Origin: Octopus bimaculoides
Lineage: Eukaryota
Assembly: GCF_001194135.2 (NCBI RefSeq)
Contig: NC_068984.1
Span: 87,602,424-87,665,001 of the forward strand
DNA length: 62,578 nt
Direction of reading: 5' to 3'
Under the pieces are notes generated by a model. The model had not been told where the DNA came from. It worked only from the letters and a program-made list of their open reading frames with translations, and searched no databases. This document shows, piece by piece, positions 1 through 11,012 of this stretch (position 1 is the first letter of the stretch; every line of letters starts with the position of its first letter). The translations under genes were made by a program, and so were the position numbers.

Positions 1-97
1 CTTTCAGTTTCCGTCTACCAAATCCACTCACAAGGCTTTGGTCGGCCCGAGGCTATAGTAGAAGACACTTGCCCAAGGTACCACGCAGGTACCATGT
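1..97 (-). mobile_element. tRNA-derived SINE family A (CORE-like), truncated copy
   Basis: Reverse complement of the head seen intact at 12200 (CCTTGGGCAAGTGTCTTCTACTATAGCCTCGGGCCGACCAAAGCCTTGTGAGTGGATTTGGTAGACGGAAACTGAAAG). Confidence 0.85.
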
Positions 98-127
98 GGT
101 TATATATAATATATATATATATATAGT

Positions 128-520
128 TTTAGGGTAAAGAACCAAGGTTCATGAACTCATCGATGAAAATCCACTGTCACATATAGAAAAATTAATAAGT
201 AAAAGCACAATAAATAAGTATAATATAATACAAAGTAAATATCATAACATAAAGATAATAAAACGACTACACGTGTTTCATAACCAATTTTCAAATAGAA
301 AGAAAATTTAAATCGATTAAAATCGATTAAAACTATCGAAAATCAATTCTATTCAAAAATATAGCTCATCTTCATGTCAAAATACAACAATAATAATAAA
401 AGAATGTATATATCAACCAACAATAAATAACAAATGAATGTATATAAAATACTTATTATATTAAGCTAGAAAGATATTATTAAAAAATATCAAAATCATA
501 AACATTCCATAATCAACCCT
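128..520 (-). mobile_element. Penelope-like element terminal-repeat remnant with a degenerate hammerhead motif
   Basis: The minus strand reads GAC-ATGAAGA-TGAGC...GAAACACGTGT-A-GTC, a PLE-type minimal hammerhead layout with palindromic helix III, in AT-rich sequence. Confidence 0.45.
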
Positions 521-526
521 ACGTCC

Positions 527-634
527 TATGAAGACAAGGAAAGCCTCCGGCCCATCAGGAATCACTGCAGAGATGCTCAAAATATCTGGCAGTGTCGGCT
601 ATAGCCTAGTCACCCGTATAGTCAACCAGGTGAT
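527..634 (+). mobile_element. RTE LINE reverse-transcriptase fragment (inverted copy of 1539-1647)
   Basis: Translates MKTRKASGPSGITAEMLKISGSVGYSLVTRIVNQVI and is nearly identical to the reverse complement of 1539-1647. Confidence 0.85.
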
Positions 635-856
635 AATATATATATATAATATATATATATATTTATAATGTATATACAATATATCATGTTGATCATCATC
701 ATCATCGTTTAACGTCCGCTTTCCATGCTGGCATGGGTTGGACAGTTTGATAGGGGACTAGTGAGCCAGATGGCTGCACCATGCTCCAATCTCATCTGGC
801 AGAATCTCTACAGCTGGATGCCCTTCCTAACACCAACTACTCCGAGAGTATAGTGA

Positions 857-1180
857 GTGCTTTTACGTGCCGCCGGCACGAGGGCCAGTCAAGAAGTACT
901 GGCGACAGCCACGCTCAAATGGTATTTTTTATGTGCCACCTGCACAGGAGCCAGTCCAGCGGCACTCGCAACGACCTCGCTCGAATGTTGTTTTCACGTG
1001 CCGCCGGCACAAGTGCCAGTAAGGCGACGCTGGTAGCGATCACGCTCGAATGGTGCTTTTTATGTGTCACCGACACGAGAGCCAGTCAGCAACCCTGGCA
1101 ACGATCACGCTCGGATGGTGCTTTTTAACGTTCCACTGGCACGGATGCCAGTCAGGCGTTGCTGTCATCGGCCACGTCAG
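857..1180. repeat. About 65-bp tandem array (about 5 units) in the RTE 3' UTR
   Basis: GTGCTTTT-(A/C)-GTGCC-N3-GGCAC-...-GCCAGTC recurs near 857, 921, 986, 1052 and 1117. Confidence 0.75.
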
Positions 1181-3265
1181 CGAATTTGATTTTGATTGTG
1201 ATTTCACTTGCCTCAACATGTTTCGCAAGCAACGCATAAGTAGGCTGGTTACACCGCTGACATAGGCCACGGGTTATGGTCTCACTTTCCGGGTCTTCTC
1301 AAGCACAGCATATTTCCAAAGGTCTCGGTCACTGGTCATTGCCTTGGTGAGGCCCAATGTTCGAAGGTCGTGCTTCACTACCTCATCCCACTTGGGCTAC
1401 GAGCCTCTCTGTGACTTTCATTACCTGATTCAACAGCTTGATACCTGTGTAATTATTTGTATCTAATGCGTCACCTTTACTTTTGTAGCAGTTGACTATG
1501 GTGCTGCTAAACCAGTCATTGGGTATGACTTCTTCGTGTATCACCTGGTTAACAATACAGGTGACTAGGCTATAGCCGACACTGCCAGATATTTTGAGCA
1601 TCTCTGCAGTGATTCCTGATGGGCCGAGGACTTTCCCTGTCTTCATACCCTTAATTGCTTTATCTACCAAAGCACTGCCAATTCGGATAGCTGGTCCCTT
1701 TGTTGGGTCGGCATTCGACAGGCTCTCTTTCTCCCGTTCATTCTCTTTATTTAGTAACCTTTCATAGTGGCGTCTCCATACTTCTGTCTTTGCAGCCTCG
1801 TTTAATGCAAGAGAACCATCATCCATGCGAACACATTTCTCTCCTATCACATCACGATTCTCTCTCACACACGTCTCGCGACACGAAATACTTCAAGTCT
1901 TTGGTCCTCACGGCGCAGAACATTGGCAAATTTTTTTTATCTGCTTCCCCTCTGGTTAAATAAACCTGTCTCCTAGCTCCCCTTTTGGCAGTCAGATACG
2001 ATTCCCTGCTACCACTGTTCTTCCAGTCCTTCCAAGCCTGTTTCTTTTCCCTAATGGCACTGTCAATAACATTGTTCCACCACGTTACCTTGGGTTGAGA
2101 GGAGACTTTGCACCATGCACAGATCTGATCAGTAGCCCTCAGCAGGTTGTCCCATAGAAACCTCCAGTTGTCTTCCACGTCATGTGATGCTATATCCCCC
2201 TCTATTTCGTCAAAAGCTTCGATTAATACGTCTCTAAATTTCTGTCCATTCACAGGATCTTTAAGCTTCCAGACCCTTCTCTTCGATGCTGGTCGTCTTC
2301 AAGGCATCCATTTAACCCTGATCCTGTAGTCGCTAACTACTAGTCTATGTTGTGGGGTACATTCTTCGCCATCTTTCCCTTTTCCTGGTGAGGATGTAGT
2401 CAATCTGACTAGTGTGTCTACCAGATCGGTAGGTGACTAGGTGACTGGCAGGTTTCCTGAAGTTAGTATTGCAAACCATAAGATCATTTGCATCGCAGAA
2501 CTCCAGCAGCCTGGCTCCCTCCTCATTGCGGGAACCATAACCATAGCCTCCATGTATGCTATGGAATCCCCCTGCATGTTGTCCAACATGTCCAATGAAA
2601 TCACCAGCCACAAAGAGAAGGTCCCTGTCATTCGTCGACGAGGTAGTCAGCAAGAGGGTACCATAAAATCGGTCTTTCTGTCCATCAGGTAGCCCCGGCT
2701 GAGGGGCATAGGCCAAGATAATGGTTGCTAACCCATAATGTAGCACTAATCTAATGTTAAGTATTTTATCGCAGACTCTGACTACCTCAATTACCTTATC
2801 GACCCATTTCTCTGCAAGAAGTATACCCACGCCCCCGACCCCGTCAGTATTCCCTGCTCAGAAGATATTGTATCTATGTTCTTTGCCTGTAAGGAATCTA
2901 GCAGAGCCTCCTCTCCACCTTACTTCTTGGATGCAGTACAAAGCTACACATCTCCGTTCAAGCATCTCAACAATCTCACCAGACCCACCTTTCAGTGTGT
3001 CCACGTTGAGTGTGCCAACCCTGAGGGTGTGGGAGGTGTGGGCCCGTGTGACCCTGGGATGGAGACAGCAGCGACATGTACCTGAAAAGAAAGCTCGCAT
3101 TTGGCAGAATTCACAAACAAACAATAGCCTTCAACCTGCATACACTAAACCATCATTTTTATGCGCCGTATGATCATAACCTTACATAGGAGATAGACCC
3201 TAAGTGGGGGTGGGGATGGCATTAAGCCTTCAGAAGTGTTCATGGGAGACAATCGAAGGCTGTCA

Positions 3266-3372
3266 GAGGATAGGGACTTCCAGTACTGGTGGTGGGGGTG
3301 AGAGGATACGGACTTCTGGTACTGATGGTGGGGGTGAGAGGATAGGGACTTCCGGTACTAGTGCTGGGGATG
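3266..3372. repeat. About 36-bp tandem repeat (3 units) in the RTE 5' region
   Basis: GAGAGGATA(G/C)GGACTTC(C/T)(A/G)GTACT(G/A)(G/A)TG(G/C)TGGGG appears three times. Confidence 0.75.
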
Positions 3373-3556
3373 GGAGGACGGGAGAATCGCGAAACAGCAA
3401 TACCTGTGTTAGGAATGGCATACTAATGGTAGATAGAATTTAAAATTCTTAGAATTTTCGGTCAGCCAATCTGTGACAAAATTAGAGAAATGAATAATTG
3501 ACGATGTGACAAAAGTAAATAGATGCATGAATGAGTGACTTTGTATATATATTATT

Positions 3557-4400
3557 CGTTTTCTGTTTTTGTTTTTCGTTTCTCATTGTATTTAATGTTT
3601 TTTTGATGTCCTGTACCCATATATGCATGTATGTATACATATAGATATAGGTATTTACATATATGTATGGATATATGCATATATCTATATATTTATATTA
3701 TTATATGATCGAACGCCACGCATCCTTTTCCAAGTAAGTTTTATCTTAATATTACTATGCACACTCTTCTACTATCTCTCTCCCTCTCTTGTTCTTCATC
3801 CTTTCTGTTTTTCTCTCCCACCCTTTCCTTATTCTTCTTCTCTCCCTTTCACCGTTTCTTCTCTCTCACTCCTCCTCTTCCTCCTTGACCCTCTCGTCGC
3901 TGACACGTGACAAAAGGGGTTCTTTCTGCCCACTGGTCTTCCTAAAGAACAGATGTGAATTTTTCTGTCTCTTCTACTTAGCGTTCATAATAATGTTTCT
4001 ATCGTCTTGGCCCAACAGCCATCACCGTTTGTTTTTACTGTTTTTTATTATTTTTACTATTTTTATTCTCACTGTGCTGTTCTTGTTAACACTTTCACCC
4101 TCCGCAAAAAATTCCAAATTTTATTTAATTTGCTTTGCGGGAAGGACTTTTCCAATGAAGTCGCGTATTGTCCTTGCCTTCGAAACGCGGAGTAGATGGA
4201 CAGGGACAACTGACGAAGGGATATACTCTTTATGTTGCATGTCTCGTTTCTCTGTTTGTGTTTTTTTTTCGTTTATCGTTTCTCATTGTGTTTAACGTTT
4301 TTTGATGTCCTGTACCCATATATGCATGTATGTATACATATACATGTAGGTATGTACATATATGTATGGATATATGCATATATGTGTGTATATATATATT
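3557..4400 (+). mobile_element. Penelope-like pseudo-LTR, partial tandem (direct repeats about 3557-3700 and 4240-4400)
   Basis: An about 140-bp direct repeat (CGTTTCTCATTGT...GATGTCCTGTACCCATATATGCATG...) flanks a pyrimidine-rich block and a hammerhead-core cluster. No ORF. Confidence 0.55.
4161..4220 (+). ncRNA. Candidate hammerhead ribozyme with non-circularly permuted strand order
   Basis: CUGACGA at 4210-4216, GAAA at 4182-4185, GUA site at 4165-4167. Helix III is 4161-4166/4185-4190, helix I is 4168-4176/4201-4209, and a weak helix II is 4179-4181/4218-4220. Confidence 0.55.
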
Positions 4401-5454
4401 CTGAAAGGGAATGAGAAAGATTTCTGACGCAGTTACTAAGCCAGAATTTTCTAGTTTCTCGACACCCGAAAAACGAAAAGCGAAGGTAACCATGTGACTT
4501 TGCTGAGATTTGAACTGAAATCGTAAAGAACCGAAATAAATATATATTTGTAACAATTGTGCCTGAAAAGAGAACGGCAGTTTAAGCTGTTAGCACTAGC
4601 AAGTTTAGCATGAGTCAACTCATTAATTCTAGATAGGAAGAGAGGGAGAGAGAAGTAGTTGCTTGACAGAAACATTTCCTTGCAACTAATTGGATAAGGG
4701 AAGTTGTCAGTCGTGACTCGCATTCGGACATAAAAGTGAAAACCTCGTTTGAAGTTTGCTTCTGAAAGTTGTTGGAAAGGAAATATCTCGGAGATTAGAC
4801 ATGCAATGAATAACGGTGGAAAAAAAAATTTGAAGAAAATGCTCATTATATTAGCATACATATATTTAAAAGATAGTGAATAGAGAATTAGTATAAAGTC
4901 ATACATTTTACAATTCTTAATTTGTCTCCTACCTCATTCATTAAAGGATTAATTCTGATTAAGGAGAGACGAATCTCTGGATTACACGCTCCTTTGGCGC
5001 AGGTAAATACTCTAACTACTCTATATACAAATATTTAGATATGTCACCTTCTGTTTGTGATCATACTTATTTAAACATATCAATCAACAAGTATTTTTTA
5101 AACCAATGCTACTTGAATTCTGAAAGTAGAGATTAATACATTTCATGAAGTTTGCTTTAAAAAACAAAACACAAACAAGAAGTAATACCACAGGCAAAGT
5201 ATAACAGGAATAAATGTTTGATGTCAGTACGTACTTTGCTTAATTTAGAATCGGTAAATAGTTCGCGTTAAGGATGATTATGTTATTTACCTACATTTAA
5301 TTGCTACAAATTATATGTATTCATTCTTCCAGTGTCTTCTCCCTCTATTTTTTTATTTGGTTTAACACACATAGCTACCGTTCATAATTTACATTAAGCA
5401 GAAATAACGTCAAATGCAATGGCATGTGTATTTTCTACGTTATTAAAGGCATAT

Positions 5455-5812
5455 CTGAGGCGATAAACTGGCAGAATGCTTAACGGCATTTCGGGCAAAT
5501 GTTTTGACGGTATTTTGTTTGTCTCTCCAGTTGTGGCTAAAAGTTTGGAACATTTTTGTAAAAATTAAAATTATGCCCGATATACGTTCCGACCAAATAT
5601 AACTTTGAGCATTAAATATAAAAATTCTATTTTTCTGACTCGTGTTCCTAACTTTTGGTCACGACTGTAAGCTCTGAGTTCAAATTGCGCCGAGGTCGAT
5701 TTTGCCCTTCATCCTTTCGATGTGAGCACTGAAGTCGATATAATCGATTAACACCCCCACTGCCCCTAAATTTCAGGCTTTGTGCCTTTAGTAGAAGGGA
5801 TTATTAAAACCA
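5455..5812 (+). mobile_element. SINE family B (Meta-domain-like) interrupted by a Tc1-like end fragment (about 5530-5670)
   Basis: The head CTGGCAGAATGCTTAAC continues after the insert as CTGAGTTCAAATTGCGCCGAGGTCGATTTTGCCCTTCATCCTTTCG. The insert ends in CCTAACTTTTGGTCACGACTGTA, which resembles a Tc1-type TIR. Confidence 0.6.
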
Positions 5813-6574
5813 TAATTGTGGTCTAGTTTTGGCATTTTTATTAAGGATTTGCTTCGAATAATGGTTTTAAGCTTGAGCGAAAGCAACCATTGGGGATGTT
5901 GAGAGCTCACATTAGGGCAAATGAAGCAGATACTAGAAACAAAATATTTAAACCAGGTACAATACTTATATTAAAAACTCAATATGTTTGAATTAAATTA
6001 TGAACTGGACATTGTGCTATCAGTAAGCAAAACATGTGACTGATGATGCGTCAAAGTCCAATAATTTCGTTATATACGTCCTCACTTTCATTAGAAGTAT
6101 CTATAAAAATTTACATAGGTGGGGTACACAAATAAAGAGGTGCACATACTAGATGGGATAGTATAATTAAAATATGGATAATAAACCACCATTCAAAATT
6201 AGCTTCTGTCTAGTTAAAAAATCTTTTTGTTTTTATAAAACATGTGGAGAAGCATTCATAAACGCTATTCTGCGAAAAGAGGTGCTGGTTTCGATTAAGT
6301 CTGAGTAAAATAAATACCAAACTTAAATATGTACTGAATTCGATATGATGGACTAAAAAATTTCCATTTTTTTACTTGATTTAATATTTAGATCTTTATT
6401 TCGATAGAAATCGTTTGTCCGATTTTGGTTTAACATTTTATATTTCATTATCAACCGCGAAAGTCAGTTTTAAAATATGTATAAAAAAAATTAACTTCAG
6501 TGCTACTTTGCAATTGCTTGAAAAATCACGGTCGATCGAAGCTTTTCCACTCACTACATTATAAAAGGCTAAAG

Positions 6575-6795
6575 ATCCTTCTCGACTCATAGGGCCGGTT
6601 TCCATGGTGTATATATTCCCCACCTGAATGGAATGCCAGTCCATCGCAGGATTATTCATTTTTGCCAGTTGAGTGGTCTGGAGCAACGTGATATGACGTA
6701 TTTTACTCAAGAACAACGCATTGCCCGGTCCAGGAATCGAAACTACAATCTTACAATCATGAGTCCAACATGCTAACTACTAATTGCCGCGCCTC
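6575..6795 (-). mobile_element. tRNA-derived SINE with a V-domain-like core
   Basis: The minus strand has a B-box-like GTTTCGATTCC and CCACTCAACTGGCAAAAATGAATAATCCTGCGATGGACTGGCATTCC. Confidence 0.55.
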
Positions 6796-7019
6796 CACAC
6801 TCACTGTTCATGTAACTGCACACGCATACATAATATAGAAATCGTAACATCACCTTCGAGAATCGAACTTCGTGTCCTCTATAAACAGTACCTCTGTACT
6901 ACTAACCTCATCAAAGCGATCATACGTCTTCAACCACCAAATTAGAAGTTGAGAATCCTCATTCATGTACGTATCATTCGCATGTATATAACATAGTTGG
7001 CGATAATAGCAAGTGGAGT

Positions 7020-7450
7020 CATAAGATCGAAAATGATTTTATCCTAAGGCCTGAAATTTTGAAGAGGGGCTCTTGCTGATTACCTCGACCCATGTACTCA
7101 ACTGAACCCCGAAAGACAAAGTCGATTTCGGTGAAATTTGAATACAGAACGTAAAAACGGAAGAAATGTCTGTGTGTTAACGGTTCTGCCAGCTCGCCGC
7201 CTTCTAGGTCAGAAAAGGTCGACATTAGTCGATATTGATTTCAAATTTTGGCACAAATCCAGAAATTATGGGGGAGGGGCGTAAGTCTATTACATCGACC
7301 CCAGCGATCAACTTAGTACTTATTTTATCGACCCCGAAAGGATGAAAGGCAAACTCGACCTCGGAGGAATGAAAACTCAGAACGTAAAAGACATGAAATG
7401 CCGCTAACCATTTCGTCTGGTCTGTCAATTCTGCCAGCTCACCGCCTTGG
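7020..7450 (-). mobile_element. Two tandem SINE family B copies
   Basis: Both begin GGCG(G/A)(C/T)GAGCTGGCAGAA and carry GAGGTCGAGTTTGCCTTTCATCCTTTCGGGGTCGATAAAAT-like cores. Confidence 0.8.
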
Positions 7451-7961
7451 AATTTGTAGATATTAATTAACGAGATGATGTAAGGCCGTGTTTTAAAGAC
7501 GGTTAAGGGGCAAACCTAAAGTAAAGGATACCTGAATTTAATTTCTAGTGTTTTCAGGATTAATTTTAATATAGAAGATTATTAAAATGATATAGAAAGC
7601 TTCAATAAACAATGATTGGTTTGATTAAGTTTGAAATTGGCCTGTCATATATTAATAAATTGTATTATTGTGCAACTGAAAGCTGCCTTATTTGAAGGTT
7701 TTGTTTAACATAAAACTGCTAGGAACAATATAACACTCATTCGATAGCGCACAAATGATTACATTCATATGACCTAACTCAACAAAGCTTAGTAATGCTC
7801 ATATTGTCACCAGCCTACATGCTACGCTAGTCAATAAAGGAAGTGTTAAATGAAATCTGTTGTTCGTGCTATGAAAGAATAATTATATAGTTCATTGTTT
7901 GGGTCGGTTGTTTTCTAGAATAATTACATATTTCGTCACGATCTTTTATCTTTCACTTATT

Positions 7962-8228
7962 TCGCTTATTGGGCCGCGCTCATGCTGGAGTATCGCCTTG
8001 AAGGATTTCACTCGAACAAATTCATCCTAGTGTTCTTTTGTATTTTTTAAGCTTGGTACTTATTCTATCTGGCTTCCTTTTAGTTTCCGTCTACAAAATC
8101 CACTCACAAGACTTGGTCGACCTGAGATTGTAGTAGAAGATACTTGCCCAAGTTGCCACGCAATGAGACTGAACCTGGAACCATGTGGTTGGGAAGTAAA
8201 CTTCTTACCACACAGCCACGCCTGCACC
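7962..8228 (-). mobile_element. SINE family A, dimeric form
   Basis: Matches the head and the GGCGGTGCTCCAGCATGG tail of the 12200 copy. Confidence 0.8.
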
Positions 8229-8732
8229 ATAATAATAACAAGGTATTCACACGTTCGATCTACATAACATGCAGTAAATGATTCTAATTGCTTTCTTCCT
8301 CGCCTGATAAATGTTTTCAATTCATAAATTCTCCGTTTGATGATGAGGATGTTGGAATCCCGCTGACTTCCTCAGAGCAAGAGCTGTCGGGAGCTCATCA
8401 ATTATTGGCGATTGTGCTTTATCTTTGAAGCTGTTGTTCTCTTTGCGTAATTTGTCTACATGTATGTATATATGTGTAGATATGTATGTAGATGTATACA
8501 TGTATACGTATACATGTGTACATGACCGAGCTCGATTTGCGCGTTTTAAAAATCTATTTTCCCCATTAAAATTAACAAAAATATAATTAACTCGTTCCAG
8601 TCCGCAAAAGGACCCCAAAATAATTTTTTATGGGTTTTAAAACCGAAAAGGGTGTAGTTACAAGTAAAATGATAATTATAAAAAAGAAAATGCACACGAA
8701 ATATGTAAACTAGTTTTATTAATTGAAATATC

Positions 8733-9101
8733 TCAAAGATGGGACGATTTGTGCTTTAGGAAGACAATAGAGTGGACAAGTTTCTCGCTTGAATCTTCTG
8801 CTTTGTTTTCTTGGGTATCTACCAAGCGGGGGTGACATCTTTCACCTGCATCCGTGCCTCCATCCTTGTCATCTTTGCTGTGTTCATTATAAAAGATGGC
8901 ATCAAGAGTGCTGATATGGGATCGTATGAGAGCATAGGATCGTGTAAATTCCTGCTTCTTTCGTTCTATCTGTGCTAATGTTCTGGTGTAACCATTGCTC
9001 TTCAGCGCAGCTGTGATTATGTTGTTTGGGTTATCCCCTTCAGCACAGCACCAGGCTCTCAAAAACAATGCCAATTCCATGCTCCTCTAGGTTCTGGACA
9101 T
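8733..9101 (-). pseudogene. Myb/SANT-like (trihelix, MSANTD/Harbinger-associated type) DNA-binding-domain ORF with one in-frame TAG
   Basis: MSRT*RSMELALFLRAW...IITAALKSNGYTRTLAQIERKKQEFTRSYALI fits the trihelix pattern W..E...L..W / I...L...GY.RT..Q...K...L...Y. The TAG at 9087-9089 sits where the first Trp is expected. Confidence 0.55.
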
Positions 9102-9407
9102 TTCTGTGGTTAATTTATTAATTTATCTATCTATTTATTTTTTAAAAATTTTAACAGTGTGATGGAGGGTAGTGAAGAAATAGAGAAAGAATGTCTATAT
9201 ATTGAGAGAGAGAGAGAGGGATAGAGAGTGTTAGAGAAAAGAGAAAGAGTGCGTCTATATATATATATAGATAAATATACACACATAAACACACTATATG
9301 GATAGATATATGTGTCTATATATGTATCAGTATGTATAAGTATGTGTGTATATATATGTATAAATATATATGTGTATATGTAAATCTATATATATATATT
9401 TTTTTAT

Positions 9408-9590
9408 TCTTTTTGTTTCAGTCATTTGACTGCGGCCATGCTGGAGCACCGCCTTCAGTCGAAGAAATCGATGCTAGTACTTATTCTTTGTAAGCCCAGT
9501 ACTTATTCTATCGGGGTCTTTTGCCAAACCGCTAGTTTACGGGTACGTAAACATACACAACATAGTGTGGGGAGGGGACAAGCACAGACA
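9408..9590 (-). mobile_element. SINE family A 3' monomer
   Basis: GTCATTTGACTGCGGCCATGCTGGAGCACCGCC...TTTTGCCAAACCGCTA is the reverse complement of the 12200 tail. Confidence 0.8.
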
Positions 9591-9594
9591 CACA

Positions 9595-9945
9595 TGCATA
9601 TATATATGTATATATATGTGTGTGTGTGTGTGTATGTGTGTATGTATGTATATATATATATATGTGTGTGTGTGTGTATATATGTGTCTGTGTGTGTATA
9701 TGTATGTATATATGTATATATATGTGCAGATGTTTATGTATATATATATGTGTATATGTATTTGTGTGTATATGTATGTATTTATGTGTGTATATGTATG
9801 TATTTATGTGTGTATATGTATATATATATGTGTGTATATGTATATATGTGTGCATATATATGCATATATGTATGTGTATATATACTTTGTGTTTATATAT
9901 TGACACACACACACATATACATATATATATGAGAGAGTGAGAGAT
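9595..9945. repeat. Compound TA/TG microsatellite
   Basis: Directly visible; the source of several spurious YIYI/CVCV ORFs. Confidence 0.95.
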
Positions 9946-10601
9946 GTATTTACATATGTGTACATTATAATGTTATATCAATGTATATGCACGCATTTGG
10001 AGAGAGAGAGAGAGCGAGCGAGCGTATGACCATCGTTCATCGTTCTTGTTTGGAATGAAACAATACACGTAGCAATTTTGATTGGTTATTTGCGTTCTTC
10101 CCGCATATGCTTACTGCGCGCCGTGCGTACGTTTTCCAAGCTGGCATTATTATCTGAGTGAGTGAGCTTTTGTGGTATATCACTGAATATATCTTATCAC
10201 TTCATACTGGCAGTCATTCTGATAACATGTTTCTATATAAATAATTTTCTTAACATATGGAAATTGTATTTTCTGAAGAATTATTTGGATATTTGCCTAA
10301 AGTAAGTTCATAGTTCTTACACTTATATTTACACAAGTTTTATTATCTCTCTCTGTCTAGGCTTTTTCTATACGCTTATATTTTTGCAACTATTCTCATA
10401 CTTTTGTCTTTGTTTTTATATGCAGCTCTGTGCGTCTGTATACATTTATACATGGAACAGGCAGAAAGAGACTCTTACACAAGTGCATATACATGTATAC
10501 ATTCAGACATACATACACACGCCTACATTAAAAAAAGTATACGTGTGTATAAATGTTTATGCACACGCCCCCCACCCTACGTATGAATATATATATATAT
10601 A

Positions 10602-10660
<59 letters not shown>

Positions 10661-10669
10661 GTATATTCT

Positions 10670-11012
10670 TTCAGTCTTTTACTTGTTTCAGTCACTTGAC
10701 TGTGACCTTGCTGGAGTACCACCTGTAGTTGAATAAATCGACCTCAGGACTTATTCTATGTAAGCCTAATACTTATCTTAATGGTCTCTTTTGCTGAAAC
10801 TCTAAGTTCCGGGGACGTAAACACACCAACATCGGTTGTCAAGCAATGGTGGACGCACACACACACACACACACACACACGTATATATATGTATATATAT
10901 ATATACACGACGGGCTTCTGTCAGTTTCTGCCCACCAAATCCACTCACAAGGCTTCGGTCTGCCCGAGACTGTAGCCGAAGACACTTGCCATGTGGTCGG
11001 TAAGCAAGCTAC
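10670..11012 (-). mobile_element. SINE family A, dimeric form
   Basis: Tail, internal CA/TA microsatellite and head core, all matching the 12200 copy. Confidence 0.8.

Larger units (their letters stand above)
693..3440 (-). mobile_element. RTE-clade LINE, near full length, with most of the RT internally deleted
   Basis: Frameshifted APE endonuclease motifs (TLNVDTL, CIQEVRWRG, AYAPQ, VAGDFIGHVG, SQIDYIL) at 2345-3124. RT start (GPSGITAEMLK, NYTGIKLL) at 1383-1868 is joined at about 1390 to the C-terminal WDEVVKHDLRTLGLTKAMTSDRDLWKYAV. The 3' UTR ends in a (GAT)n tail near 695. Confidence 0.9.

Noticed and set aside
781-1270. Overlapping ORFs of 67-115 aa
   Set aside because: They lie in the GC-richer tandem array of the RTE 3' UTR, have no protein motifs, and the same sequence recurs at 42.5-43.1 kb with different frames open.
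3789-4295. 168-aa hydrophobic ORF resembling a membrane protein
   Set aside because: The F/L/S bias comes from pyrimidine tracts inside the pseudo-LTR repeat.
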